This document shows, piece after piece, positions 25,143 through 34,784 of a stretch of DNA of 64,000 nt (positions are counted from its first letter, which is position 1; each line of letters opens with the position of its first letter). The notes under the pieces were generated by a model. It ran no database searches. It worked only from the letters and a program-made list of their open reading frames with translations, and was not told the DNA's origin. The translations under genes were made by a program, and so were the position numbers. Origin of the DNA: Phycisphaerales bacterium (GTDB lineage: Bacteria; Planctomycetota; Phycisphaerae; Phycisphaerales; UBA1924); NCBI GenBank assembly GCA_029260315.1, contig JAJDDM010000072.1, forward strand, positions 1,357-65,356, read 5' to 3'.

Positions 25143-28100
25143 ATGAGTAGAAATGGAATCCTCGGTCCTCGTCGCGCGATGCTCGTCTCGGCGATCGCTC
25201 TGGCCGCCGGTCAGGGCGTCGCGCTGGGACAGGTCGCCTTCCGCACCGACGGCGACGCCCATCGCATCGTGATGAGCGCCCAGCAGGTGACCCAGTCGAT
25301 CCAGGAGTTGGCGGCCCGCAAGGACGCCTCGCGCGTCGTGATCCAGTTCAACGCACCCGTGACGCCCGCGCAGCGCGACGCGCTGCGCTCGGCGGGTCTC
25401 CAACTGGGCAGCTATCTCGGCAACAGCGCGTACTTCGCGCAGCTCGATGGCGTCCGTCCGATGCTCGCCGCCCGCGCGGCGTCGGTCGCCAGCGTCCGCC
25501 CGATCCAGACAAGCTGGAAGCTGGACCCGGCGCTGAATCGCGGCGAGATCTATCCCTACACCATCGTCGACAACGCCACCACCGCCGATCCGACTGTGGC
25601 GGTCTACGCCGTGTTCCATAAGGGCGTCAGCGATGAGCGGGGTGCCGAGCTGGTCGCCAAGCACGGCGGCAGCGTGCGGGCGAACCTGCGCAGCGTGAAC
25701 GCCGACGTCGTCGAGCTGCCATCCAGCGCGATCGTGGACCTCGCCCAAGAGGACGACGTCCAGTGGATCGAGCCCGCCCTGCCGCAGTACAGCGAGCTCA
25801 ACGATTCCAACCGCGTCATCACCCAGGTCGACCAGGTCCAGGAGGCCCCGTACAACCTCGACGGCAGTGGTGTGACGGTGCTGGTCTACGACGCCGGATC
25901 CGTGAATCAGAGTCATGCGGACTTTGGCGGTCGCGTGACTGACATCGATGGCACCGGCAACTCCACACACCCATCGCACGTTGCCGGCACCGTCGGCGGC
26001 GACGGGACGGCTTCCGGGGGCACTTTCCGCGGCATGGCGCCCGGCGTTGACATCCTCTCCGCCGGCTTTGAGTGGGACGGTGGTGGTGTGTTCCTCTATG
26101 AGAATCCGGGCGACATCGAGGAGGATTACGGCCTCGCAATCTCGATGGGCGCGGATATCTCGAACAACTCTATCGGCTCCAACACCGAGCCCAATGGCTT
26201 CCCGTGCGAGATCCAGGGCGATTATGGTGTCACCGCGTCGGTCATCGACGAGATCGCTCGCGGCAGCCTGGGCGATCCCATCACCATCTTCTGGTCCGCC
26301 GGCAACGAGCGCCAGGGCAGCCGCTGCGATATCGAGGGCTTCGGCGACTACTACTCCAGCGCACCGCCCAACAACGCCAAGAACCAGCTCTCTATCGGAG
26401 CCCTCAACTCCAACAACGACTCGATGACCAGCTTCTCCAGCTGGGGACCCACCGACGACGGCCGCCTCCGCCCCGACTTCTGCGGGCCGGGTTGTCAGAC
26501 CGGCGGCGATAACGGCGTCACCAGCGCGAGCAACAGCAACAACAGCTATGCGACGCTGTGCGGCACGAGCATGTCCGGGCCGACCGCCGCGGGCATCGGC
26601 GCGCTGATCCTCGAGGACTTCCGGATCCAGTTCCCGGGCCTGCCTGACCCGGCGAGCTCGACGATGAAGGTCATCCTCGCGCACACCGCGGTCGATCTGG
26701 GCAACCCCGGGCCGGATTATCAGTTCGGGTACGGGTCCATCCGGGCCAAGGACGCGATCGACTTCATGCGCACCGCGCAGTTCACCGAGCAGACGATCGG
26801 CCAGGGCGGCAGCCACACCTTCACGATCGATGTCGCGCCCAACACGCCGGAGCTGAAGTACACCCTGAGCTGGAACGACCCCGCGGGCACGCCCAACGTC
26901 GACCCGGCCCTGGTCAACAATCTGGATGTGCGGGCGATCGATCCGGGCGGCAACATCCACCACGCGTGGACGCTCGATCAGTTCGAGCCGAGCGCCGACG
27001 CCGTCCGCACTGGGCCCAACACCAAGGACAACCTCGAGCAGGTCTTCGTCGAGAACCCCCAGGCCGGCGAGTGGGTCATCGAGGTGCTCGGCACCAGCGT
27101 GCCCGAGGGCCCGCAGCTCTATTCCATCGGCGGCACGCCCGATCTCAACGTCGAGATCGTCAGCATCTCGCTCAGCAGCGAGGTGCCCGCGATGCTCGAG
27201 CCCGCCACACCGCTGACCGTCGAGGCCGCCATCACCGCCGTGAACGACGAGATCGTGCCCGGCAGCGAGGATCTGCACTACCGCTTCGACGGCGGGGCGT
27301 TCACCACGGTCGATCTGGTCGATCAGGGCGGCGGCGTCTTCGCGGCTCAGATCCCCGGCGCCGATTGCGGGCAGATGCCCGAGTTCTACCTCAGCGTCGA
27401 GGGTGTCGCGTCGGGCGAGGTCACCAGCCCGTTCAACGGGCCCGACGATCCGTTCTCCTATGCGATCGGCACGGTCCAGGTCGCCGTCTCGGACAACTTC
27501 GAGAACGACACGGGCTGGACCGCCGAGAACCTCGGCGCATCCAGCGGCGATTGGCAGCGGGGCGTGCCGGTCAACGATCCCGCGTGGGACTTCGACCCCG
27601 AGTCCGACGGCGACGGCTCGGGCCAGTGCTACCTGACCCAGAACGAGCTGGGCAACACCGACGTCGACGGCGGCGCGGTCCGCCTGACCAGCCCGGTCTT
27701 CGATATGTCCGGCAGCGGGCCGTTCACGATCGAGTACGACTACTTCCTCAACCTGACCACCCAGGGCAACGAGGACGCGCTTCTGATGGAGATCTCCAAC
27801 AACGGCGGCGGCTCGTGGACGACAATCCGAGACCATCGCGATGACAACAACCTCAACTGGACGCACGAGATCATCACACAGGACGATCTCGACAATGCCG
27901 GGGTGTCGCTGACCGACCAGATGCGTCTGCGCTACACCGCCAACGACGCCGACGGCCAGAGCATCGTCGAGGGTGGTCTCGACGGGCTCATCATCTCCAG
28001 CGTCGGCTGCGACGATGGCGGTTGCGCGGCGGATCTCGACGGCGATGGCGACGCCGACGCCGACGACTTCTTCGCGTATCTCGACGCGTTTGCCGCGAAC

Positions 28101-28190
28101 GACCTCGGGACGTGCGACATCGACGACGACGGCGACTGCGACGCCGACGACTTCTTCGGCTACCTGGACCAGTTCGCTCTGGGCTGCTGA
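25143..28190 (+). CDS. S8 family (subtilisin-like) serine peptidase with a C-terminal GC-type dockerin-like domain, 1015 aa
   Basis: VLVYDAGSV (Asp), HPSHVAGTVGG (His) and GTSMSGPTAAG (Ser) are present. The tail is GCAADLDGDGDADADDFFAYLDAF...DIDDDGDCDADDFFGYLDQFALGC. Confidence 0.9.
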   Translation: MSRNGILGPRRAMLVSAIALAAGQGVALGQVAFRTDGDAHRIVMSAQQVTQSIQELAARKDASRVVIQFNAPVTPAQRDALRSAGLQLGSYLGNSAYFAQLDGVRPMLAARAASVASVRPIQTSWKLDPALNRGEIYPYTIVDNATTADPTVAVYAVFHKGVSDERGAELVAKHGGSVRANLRSVNADVVELPSSAIVDLAQEDDVQWIEPALPQYSELNDSNRVITQVDQVQEAPYNLDGSGVTVLVYDAGSVNQSHADFGGRVTDIDGTGNSTHPSHVAGTVGGDGTASGGTFRGMAPGVDILSAGFEWDGGGVFLYENPGDIEEDYGLAISMGADISNNSIGSNTEPNGFPCEIQGDYGVTASVIDEIARGSLGDPITIFWSAGNERQGSRCDIEGFGDYYSSAPPNNAKNQLSIGALNSNNDSMTSFSSWGPTDDGRLRPDFCGPGCQTGGDNGVTSASNSNNSYATLCGTSMSGPTAAGIGALILEDFRIQFPGLPDPASSTMKVILAHTAVDLGNPGPDYQFGYGSIRAKDAIDFMRTAQFTEQTIGQGGSHTFTIDVAPNTPELKYTLSWNDPAGTPNVDPALVNNLDVRAIDPGGNIHHAWTLDQFEPSADAVRTGPNTKDNLEQVFVENPQAGEWVIEVLGTSVPEGPQLYSIGGTPDLNVEIVSISLSSEVPAMLEPATPLTVEAAITAVNDEIVPGSEDLHYRFDGGAFTTVDLVDQGGGVFAAQIPGADCGQMPEFYLSVEGVASGEVTSPFNGPDDPFSYAIGTVQVAVSDNFENDTGWTAENLGASSGDWQRGVPVNDPAWDFDPESDGDGSGQCYLTQNELGNTDVDGGAVRLTSPVFDMSGSGPFTIEYDYFLNLTTQGNEDALLMEISNNGGGSWTTIRDHRDDNNLNWTHEIITQDDLDNAGVSLTDQMRLRYTANDADGQSIVEGGLDGLIISSVGCDDGGCAADLDGDGDADADDFFAYLDAFAANDLGTCDIDDDGDCDADDFFGYLDQFALGC

Positions 28191-28218
28191 ACCCGGTCGC
28201 TGTCCACCATGAACTAGT

Positions 28219-28250
28219 CCGGGCGGGCCCTCGCGGGCCCGCCTTTTTCT
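28219..28250 (+). terminator. rho-independent terminator after the S8 peptidase gene
   Basis: GGGCGGGCCC-tcgc-GGGCCCGCC is followed by TTTTT. Confidence 0.8.
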
Positions 28251-28351
28251 CGCGCCCGAGCGTGGGCCGCGATCGACGGGTGTTGCGGGTTATACTCTCT
28301 TGAGCCGGGCGCGCGCAAGCCCGGCCTCCCTGATCTGCAAAGGGACCATCG

Positions 28352-28486
28352 ATGACTGACAAGCCAACCAAGCACGAAGAAACGCTGGAAAAGGACGAAT
28401 CCGACCGGGCGCTCGGTTTCGGCATGCTCGGCTACTTCGCCCTGCTCATCGTGGTGATCGGCATCCTGATCCTCTTTCTGATCTAG
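28352..28486 (+). CDS. possible small membrane protein, 44 aa (below the ORF-track cutoff)
   Basis: Hand translation gives MTDKPTKHEETLEKDESDRALGFGMLGYFALLIVVIGILILFLI: a charged N-terminus and one TM helix. It sits in an otherwise empty 350-bp spacer. Confidence 0.4.
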   Translation: MTDKPTKHEETLEKDESDRALGFGMLGYFALLIVVIGILILFLI

Positions 28487-28603
28487 GCGGCGCCGCCCGT
28501 GCGGGCGAGCCTGCGCCGGGAGGTCGATCGCGGATCCGCGAGCTTGGCGCAGGCGTATCGCAATCCGGTCAGGCGCGAGAGGTCTGGCCCGAGGTGATTC
28601 TCC

Positions 28604-29575
28604 ATGGCTGAGCCCAGGTTCGAGCACGAGGTCGCGGTCTGGCACGAGGGCGTCGCCAACGGACGGCGATTGTGGGATTTCGATGGCGGCGCGATCCGGT
28701 CCGAGGTCCTCTATCGCAGCGAGCACGTCATGCTGGGGCGGTACGCCGTGCAGCCGTGGTCCAGCGTCTGGCGGGAGACGGACATCATCCGATCGGGGCC
28801 GCTGCTGGCGTTCACCCGCACCCCGGTCGAGATCGAGCAGCCCGACCGCGACCCGGTCATCGCCGACCACACCTGCGCCGTCCTGCACAACGCCCATCGC
28901 GAGTATCGCAGGCGGCCGATCGATGCACGCGGCGAGCGGACGCTGTGGCTCTCGCTCTCGGCGGAGACAATCTCAGACATCCTGGGCGTCTGCCTCGACG
29001 ACCCGTCGTGTCCGTTCGGGCGATCCGACGTGCCGGTGAGCGCGGGAAGCTACCTGCTCGGCCACGCCGTGGCGCGCCGGCTCTCTTCTGGCGAGGCGGT
29101 GGACGAGATCGAGGCCGAGGAGATTCTGCTGTGGATCGCCGACGAGGTGCTGCACGCCGGCGAGGCTTTGGGCTTCGGTCGGCACGACGCACGCCGCGAA
29201 AGCACCCGCCGGGCCCATCAGGAGGCCTCGGTGCGGATGCGACGGTTCCTGGGCGAGGGGTTCCGGCGGCCGCTCTCGCTCGGGGATGTCGCGCGTTCGG
29301 CATTCCTGTCGCCGTTCCACGCGGCCAGGGTCTTCAAGCAGCAGACGGGGATGACAATCCACGAGAACCTGCGGACCCTGCGGATCCGCGAGGCGATGGA
29401 GCGGCTGGGCGACGGGGAGGAGTCGATCGCGCAGGTCGCCCGGGAGGTCGGGTTCGCGTCGCACGCTCATCTGACCGACGCGTTCGGGATGCACTTCGGC
29501 GTGCCGCCCTCGCTGGTTCGGCGGGATCCGATGGGGGCCGCTCGGCGGTTGCTCGCGGACGGGCAAGCGGACTAA
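28604..29575 (+). CDS. AraC family transcriptional regulator
   Basis: The C-terminal double HTH contains LSLGDVARSAFLSPFHAARVFKQQTGMTIHENLRTLRIREAM and IAQVAREVGFASHAHLTDAF. Confidence 0.85.
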   Translation: MAEPRFEHEVAVWHEGVANGRRLWDFDGGAIRSEVLYRSEHVMLGRYAVQPWSSVWRETDIIRSGPLLAFTRTPVEIEQPDRDPVIADHTCAVLHNAHREYRRRPIDARGERTLWLSLSAETISDILGVCLDDPSCPFGRSDVPVSAGSYLLGHAVARRLSSGEAVDEIEAEEILLWIADEVLHAGEALGFGRHDARRESTRRAHQEASVRMRRFLGEGFRRPLSLGDVARSAFLSPFHAARVFKQQTGMTIHENLRTLRIREAMERLGDGEESIAQVAREVGFASHAHLTDAFGMHFGVPPSLVRRDPMGAARRLLADGQAD

Positions 29576-29631
29576 CTCGCCCTCTAATCGCGTCGTGTGC
29601 ACATCGCTCGCGCTGCCGGTATCATCGAGGC

Positions 29632-31737
29632 ATGATGAATATCAGGGAGCGAGCCATACGCAGATGGAAGGCGTCGGTTGTTCGGTCGGTCGTGGGTCTG
29701 ACGCTGGTGGGGGTGACGCCCGGCGCCCTGGGAGCGGCACCCGATGTCTCCAACGCCCAGCGGAGCCGCGATGTCGGCTCGCCCGTGTTCGACGACATCT
29801 CCTCGATCATCGACGGGGCGATCGCGCGGGCCGACCGGACCATCCGCGGGGTCATCGCGATCCCCGATCGGGATCGCACCTTCGAGAACACGCTGGGCGC
29901 GCTCGACGACATGCACCAGCGCCTCGACACCGAGACGAACATGGCCCAGTTCATGGCCTTCGTCTCGACCGACGCCGACGAGCGGGCCGCGGCCGAGGCC
30001 GCCCAGAGCCGCATGAGCGCGTGGTACATCGACCTGGGCAAGAACGAGTTGCTGTACCGGGCGATCAAGGCGTACGCCGACTCGCTGCCGAATCTTTCCG
30101 GCGAGCGCCGCCGGCTGCTGGAGCACAGCCTGCGGGACTATCGGCGGGCGGGCATGGAGCTGCCGTCCGAGCAGCGCGAGCGGCTCACGGAGATCGAGAA
30201 AGAGCTGAGCGACCTGTCGATCGAGTTCTCGCGCAACATCCGCGAGGACGAGACGGTCGTCACCTTCACTCGCGACGAGCTGTTCGGCGTCTCGCCCGAG
30301 TTTCTCGACGGGCTCGACCGCTCGGGCGAGTTGTTCCTGGTCACGATGGACTCGCCCACGGTCACCGAGATCTGGCGGACCTGCGAGGACGAGGACACAC
30401 GCGAGAAGGTCCGCTTTGTCTACACCCGGCGCGGCGGGATGGCGAATGTGCGCCTTCTGGAGAAGATCATCGATCTGCGGGCCCGGCGGGCGCGGATGCT
30501 CGGCTACGAGACGACCGCCGACTACCAGATCGAGACGCGGATGGCCCAGACCGCCGAGACGGTCGAGGAGTTCTACGAGGAGCTGATCCCGATCGTGCGC
30601 AAGAAGGCCGAGCGAGATCTCGCGGAGTTGCTGGAAGCAAAGCGGGCGTTCACGGGCGATGACGACGCGGTCTTCCAGGTCTGGGACAACCGTTTCTACT
30701 CCGACCGGGTGCTCAAGGCCCGCTACGAGGTCGACCAGGACGAGGTCCGCCAGTACTTCCCCCTCGAGGCCGTCAAGGACGGGCTGTTCGGCATCACCCA
30801 GTCGCTCTACGGCGTGACGTACCGCGACGTGACCGACGAGGCCGGGACCGACGACCGCCCCCTCTGGCACGAAGACGTGCGGCTCTACGAGGTCACCGAC
30901 AACGAGACCGGCGAGCTGCTCGGCGAGTTCTATCTGGACCTCTACCCCCGACCCAACAAGTACAACCACGCGGCGCAGTGGGGGCTTATTCAGCACAAGG
31001 TCTACATGGATGGGCGCGAGGTCACGCCGCTGGCGGCCCTGGTCTGCAACTTCACCAAGCCGACCGCAGATAAACCCAGCCTGATGACCCACGACGAGGT
31101 CGAGACCTTCTTCCACGAGTTCGGCCACTGCCTGCACACGATGTTCAGTAAGACCGAGCTGGGCCTCTTCGGCGGCACCAACGTCGAACGCGACTTCGTC
31201 GAGGCCCCGAGCCAGATGTTCGAGAACTGGGTCTGGGATGAGGGCGTGCTCCAGACCTTCGCCCGCCACTACCAGACGCGCGAACCCATCCCCAGCGACC
31301 TCGTCGAGCGCATGGTTGCCGCACGCTACCAGGGCTCGGGCCTCAACGCCCTCGGCCAGCTCTGGCTCGGCGGGCTCGATCTGGCCTACCACAGCGACCC
31401 CGACGGCAAGGTCGCTACCACCGAGATCCAGATGGACCTCTACGACAAGATCCTGCTCTATCCCACGCAGGACCACACCTACTTCCAGGCCGCGTTCGGG
31501 CACCTGATGGGCTATCACGCGGGGTACTACGGCTACATGTGGTCGCTGGTCTACGCCTCTGACATGTTCCAGCGCTTCAAGGAGCTCGGCATGATGAGCC
31601 CGTCGGCCGGGCGCTATTACCGCGAGAAGATCCTCTCGCGGGGTGGGTCGGTCGATGGCATCGAAATGGTGCGCGAGTACCTGGGCCGCGAGCCGAACAC
31701 GGAGGCGTTTCTCAAGCACCTGGGGCTGGAGGAGTAG
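29632..31737 (+). CDS. M3 family metallopeptidase (oligopeptidase A / thimet-like), secreted
   Basis: Internal ATG 29632 of ORF 28672..31737 gives MMNIRERAIRRWK followed by a signal segment. The HExxH motif lies in FFHEFGHCLHTMF. It has the length and blocks typical of M3. Confidence 0.88.
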   Translation: MMNIRERAIRRWKASVVRSVVGLTLVGVTPGALGAAPDVSNAQRSRDVGSPVFDDISSIIDGAIARADRTIRGVIAIPDRDRTFENTLGALDDMHQRLDTETNMAQFMAFVSTDADERAAAEAAQSRMSAWYIDLGKNELLYRAIKAYADSLPNLSGERRRLLEHSLRDYRRAGMELPSEQRERLTEIEKELSDLSIEFSRNIREDETVVTFTRDELFGVSPEFLDGLDRSGELFLVTMDSPTVTEIWRTCEDEDTREKVRFVYTRRGGMANVRLLEKIIDLRARRARMLGYETTADYQIETRMAQTAETVEEFYEELIPIVRKKAERDLAELLEAKRAFTGDDDAVFQVWDNRFYSDRVLKARYEVDQDEVRQYFPLEAVKDGLFGITQSLYGVTYRDVTDEAGTDDRPLWHEDVRLYEVTDNETGELLGEFYLDLYPRPNKYNHAAQWGLIQHKVYMDGREVTPLAALVCNFTKPTADKPSLMTHDEVETFFHEFGHCLHTMFSKTELGLFGGTNVERDFVEAPSQMFENWVWDEGVLQTFARHYQTREPIPSDLVERMVAARYQGSGLNALGQLWLGGLDLAYHSDPDGKVATTEIQMDLYDKILLYPTQDHTYFQAAFGHLMGYHAGYYGYMWSLVYASDMFQRFKELGMMSPSAGRYYREKILSRGGSVDGIEMVREYLGREPNTEAFLKHLGLEE

Positions 31738-31915
31738 CCACGCACATGCGACGAGCCGCGCCCGTTAGGAAGCGGATTACCCGTCCTCCAAACTCTCAAG
31801 GTCTCGGACCACCCGCGACCGCGCTTGCGAGCGTGCATCATCGGACGCGTGATCCCTCACGATCGCGGTGGGTTTCGCATTTGAGATGGGAGCGTAGCCA
31901 GAGCGTTCGATGCAT

Positions 31916-32114
31916 CTTCGCCCGGAGGGCGCACTCGCGTTGCCAGGGACTTCAGTCCCTGGACGGCGGCATTCGCTCATTCTCGCCCGGAGGGCGGACG
32001 CGCGGCTCGAAACATGGCGACTGTCTCGTCCGCCCTCCGGGCGGCAGAGATCACTGAAGACTCCCTCCAGGGACTGAAGTCCCTGGCAACGAGCGCGCGC
32101 CCTACCGGGCGAAG
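31916..32114. repeat. Nested composite palindrome (repeat family H) between convergent genes
   Basis: Outer arms 31916-31962 and 32067-32114 are reverse complements and include CCAGGGAC-ttca-GTCCCTGG. Inner arms are CGCCCGGAGGGCGGACG at 31984-32000 and its complement at 32027-32043. Confidence 0.85.
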
Positions 32115-32125
32115 GCCGGTATTCA

Positions 32126-33556
32126 CTACATCCTCCTCAACTCATCGATCATCGCCGCGTGGCTCTTGGTGCCCAAACGGAAGCAGTCGAGCTCGAACTT
32201 CTCATTCGGCGAGTGCACCCGATCGTCCTCAAGCCCGAATCCCATGAAGATCGTCTCCAAACCCAGGCGCTGCTTGAGCATGCCGGCGACGGGGATCGAC
32301 CCGCCGGACTTGATCAGCGCGGGCTCGACACCCGCGGCCGACTTGATCGCCCGCCTCGCCGCGTCCAGATAGGGCGACTCGGTCGAGACGGTGGCGGGCA
32401 CCCCGCCGCCGTGATCGGTGAACTCCCATCGGCAGCCCGCCGGCGTGCGATCGCCCAGCCACGCGAAAAACGACTCGCGAATCGCGTCGGGATCCTGATC
32501 CGCGACGAGCCGGAAGCTGACTTTCGCCGTCGCGTGTGTCGGGATAACAGTCTTGGCCCCGGCCCCCGTGTACCCGCCGACGATGCCGTTGATCTCACAC
32601 GTCGGGCGGGCCCACTCACGCTCGACGCTGGTGAAGCCGTCCTCACCGACGTCGGCCTCGGGCGGCAGGCCGATGGCCTTCAGCGCTGCGATCTGGTCCA
32701 CGCCGAGCTTCTTCCAGGCTTCGCGCTCGCCGGGCTCGATCTCGCGCACGGCGTCATAGAAGCCGGGGACTGTCACGCGCCGGTTCTCGTCCCAGAGCCC
32801 GCTGAGCACCTTGACGAGCTCGGTGTTGGGATTCGGGCAGCGCCCGCCCCAGAGGCCCGAGTGAAGGTCCTGGTCGGGGCCGTGGAGGGTAACTTCGGTG
32901 TAGCACAAGCCTCGCACGCCGTAGGTGATCGCGGGCTTGCCACGTCCGAGCATGCCGGTGTCGCTGATGAGGCAGATGTCGCAGTCCTTGAATCTGTCCG
33001 CGTGGCGTTCGAGGAATCGCCCGAGATTGACCGACCCGGATTCCTCCTCGCCCTCGAGCATGACGGTGAACCGCACGCCGCCGGCGGGCTCATCGCCCGT
33101 TTCCTTCCATGCCCGCAAAGCCTCGAGGAACATCATGACCTGTCCCTTGTCGTCGCATGCTCCTCTAGCGACGATCCGCTCGCCCGGGCCGTTCTCGACC
33201 GCCGGCTTGATAACCGGCTCGAACGCCGGCGACTCCCAGAGCTCATCGGGATCGGTCGGCTGGACGTCGTAGTGCCCGTAGAACAAGACGTGGGGCCCGG
33301 CGGAGGCATCCGCGGCGTTGGGCGTCTTCGCGACCACGATCGGGTGCCCGGTGCCCTCGGGCTCGCCGGTCTCCATCAACTCGGCGTCGAGGCCGGAGGC
33401 ACGCAACTGCCCGGTGGCCCACTCGCCGGCCTTACGGACGTCGCTCTGGTACGCGGGGTCGGTGCTGATGCTCGGGATTCGCAGCCACTCGATCGTGCGA
33501 TCGATCGAGTGGCGTTCGTGGTCGGTCAGCCAGCGCAGGGCGTTGTCAAGGGCCAT
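32126..33556 (-). CDS. M20 family dipeptidase / peptidase (ArgE/DapE/CPG2 superfamily)
   Basis: LRIPSISTDP, VLFYGHYDVQP, ACDDKGQV and MLEGEEESGS metal-ligand blocks are present. Confidence 0.88.
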   Translation of the reverse strand: MALDNALRWLTDHERHSIDRTIEWLRIPSISTDPAYQSDVRKAGEWATGQLRASGLDAELMETGEPEGTGHPIVVAKTPNAADASAGPHVLFYGHYDVQPTDPDELWESPAFEPVIKPAVENGPGERIVARGACDDKGQVMMFLEALRAWKETGDEPAGGVRFTVMLEGEEESGSVNLGRFLERHADRFKDCDICLISDTGMLGRGKPAITYGVRGLCYTEVTLHGPDQDLHSGLWGGRCPNPNTELVKVLSGLWDENRRVTVPGFYDAVREIEPGEREAWKKLGVDQIAALKAIGLPPEADVGEDGFTSVEREWARPTCEINGIVGGYTGAGAKTVIPTHATAKVSFRLVADQDPDAIRESFFAWLGDRTPAGCRWEFTDHGGGVPATVSTESPYLDAARRAIKSAAGVEPALIKSGGSIPVAGMLKQRLGLETIFMGFGLEDDRVHSPNEKFELDCFRLGTKSHAAMIDELRRM

Positions 33557-33703
33557 CGCGGTCTCCGTGTGAGGTGGGGGAGAGTAGGGGAGCGGCTCGG
33601 GCCCGGAGGTGGCATTCTCGGCGAGAGAGCGCGGCCAATCGGCGCAAATAAGGAAGGACGCCGCCGGGGGAGGCGACGCCCTTGGGGTTGGAGCGATCTG
33701 GAA

Positions 33704-34486
33704 TCAGCGACGCCGGCGGGAGGTGACCAGCCCGCCCAGGCCGAGCAGCGCGAGGCTGCTGGGCGCGGGGATGCCCTCGAAGGCGACGTTGTCTACGAAG
33801 ATGTTCTCGCTGCTGGAGTTGTTGTCGATCGAGATGGTCAGGACGATACCGTCGGCGTTGATGCGTCCGTTGCCGATGAGATCCTCGAGATCGAAGCTGA
33901 TCAGGCCCCAGTTGTCGGTGCCGTCGTCTGCCGAGGAGTTGGCCTTGAGATCGGCCTCGCCCCAGACGAACAGGGGGACGTCGTTGACGCCGTCGCTGAG
34001 CATCGCGGACATGAAATCATCGGACTCGTACGTCGTGCCCATGATCCAGAAGTTGAAGCTGAGGGTGCGATCGGTGAAGTCGGAGGTGTTGACGGGCTCG
34101 AAGACGAGGTCGAGGCGTCCGTCGCCGTCATTGAACTCGAAGTTCTGCTCGATGCCGGTGGCGACGGGCGCGCCGCCGGGCCCGACATCGGGGCTGTTGG
34201 CGCCGGTGAAGGTATTGACGCCGATGAAGTCGCTGGTGTCGTTGGCGGGGGTGACGGGCCCGAGGCCCTCGCCGCGGGTGTCTGCGCCCCAGAACGTCGC
34301 GAAGTCGAGGCCCGGTCCGCCGTTGTTCGCGCTGCCGGAGTTGGTGAGCTGGCTGCCTTGTGGCAGGGAGTCGAACGTTTGCGCGCCGGTGTCGTCCAGC
34401 ACGTTGAAGTTCTGGCTGGCGATGGTGTCGCCGAAGGCGCCCGAGGCGAGGCCCGAGGCGACGGTGAGCGCGATAATCCGTGTCAT
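33704..34486 (-). CDS. PEP-CTERM sorting domain-containing secreted protein
   Basis: Signal peptide MTRIIALTVASGLASGAFG. The C-terminus is IPAPSSLALLGLGGLVTSRRRR: a PEP-like motif, a TM segment and an Arg cluster. Confidence 0.85.
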   Translation of the reverse strand: MTRIIALTVASGLASGAFGDTIASQNFNVLDDTGAQTFDSLPQGSQLTNSGSANNGGPGLDFATFWGADTRGEGLGPVTPANDTSDFIGVNTFTGANSPDVGPGGAPVATGIEQNFEFNDGDGRLDLVFEPVNTSDFTDRTLSFNFWIMGTTYESDDFMSAMLSDGVNDVPLFVWGEADLKANSSADDGTDNWGLISFDLEDLIGNGRINADGIVLTISIDNNSSSENIFVDNVAFEGIPAPSSLALLGLGGLVTSRRRR

Positions 34487-34784
34487 TCTCTGTTCTCCCC
34501 TGAGCTATGGCCGCGACCCACGCCGCGAACCAAAGGATGCCGAAGCCTCCACGCGTCGGCAGCAACGCCCGGTCTTGCGGACCGGGCCGGAAATGGGGGG
34601 AGAAAGGAGTGTCTTGTCTCTCTCCGCCCGCGGCAAAAGCCTAGCAGGGCGATGGGAATTGGCAAGCGGCGGAATGTTGTGGACGGGTAAAGATTGGGCT
34701 TCGGTCGAAGGAGGCGTGGGCAGCCCAGGTTGCCCAGGATTCCCGGTTCGACATCGGCTGGCGACGCCCGGCGAGCGCCAGGGA

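Noticed and set aside
25026-27866. Very long antisense ORFs: 25026..27866(-), 14488..16092(-), 29584..31719(-), 40446..42353(-), 42516..44204(-), 61504..63900(-), 6154..7515(+), 11174..13120(+).
   Set aside because: These are typical high-GC shadow ORFs. They are Arg/Gly/Asp/Val/Pro-rich low-complexity translations with no motifs. Each lies opposite a gene with clear family signatures.
28672-29631. The 5' extension of the M3 peptidase ORF.
   Set aside because: It is an alternate frame over the AraC regulator gene. The peptidase has its own ATG and signal-like N-terminus at 29632.
33557-33703. A terminator hairpin downstream of the PEP-CTERM gene.
   Set aside because: The candidate stem (GACGCCGCC / GGCGACGCC) pairs at only 7 of 9 positions. 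That is too weak to report.
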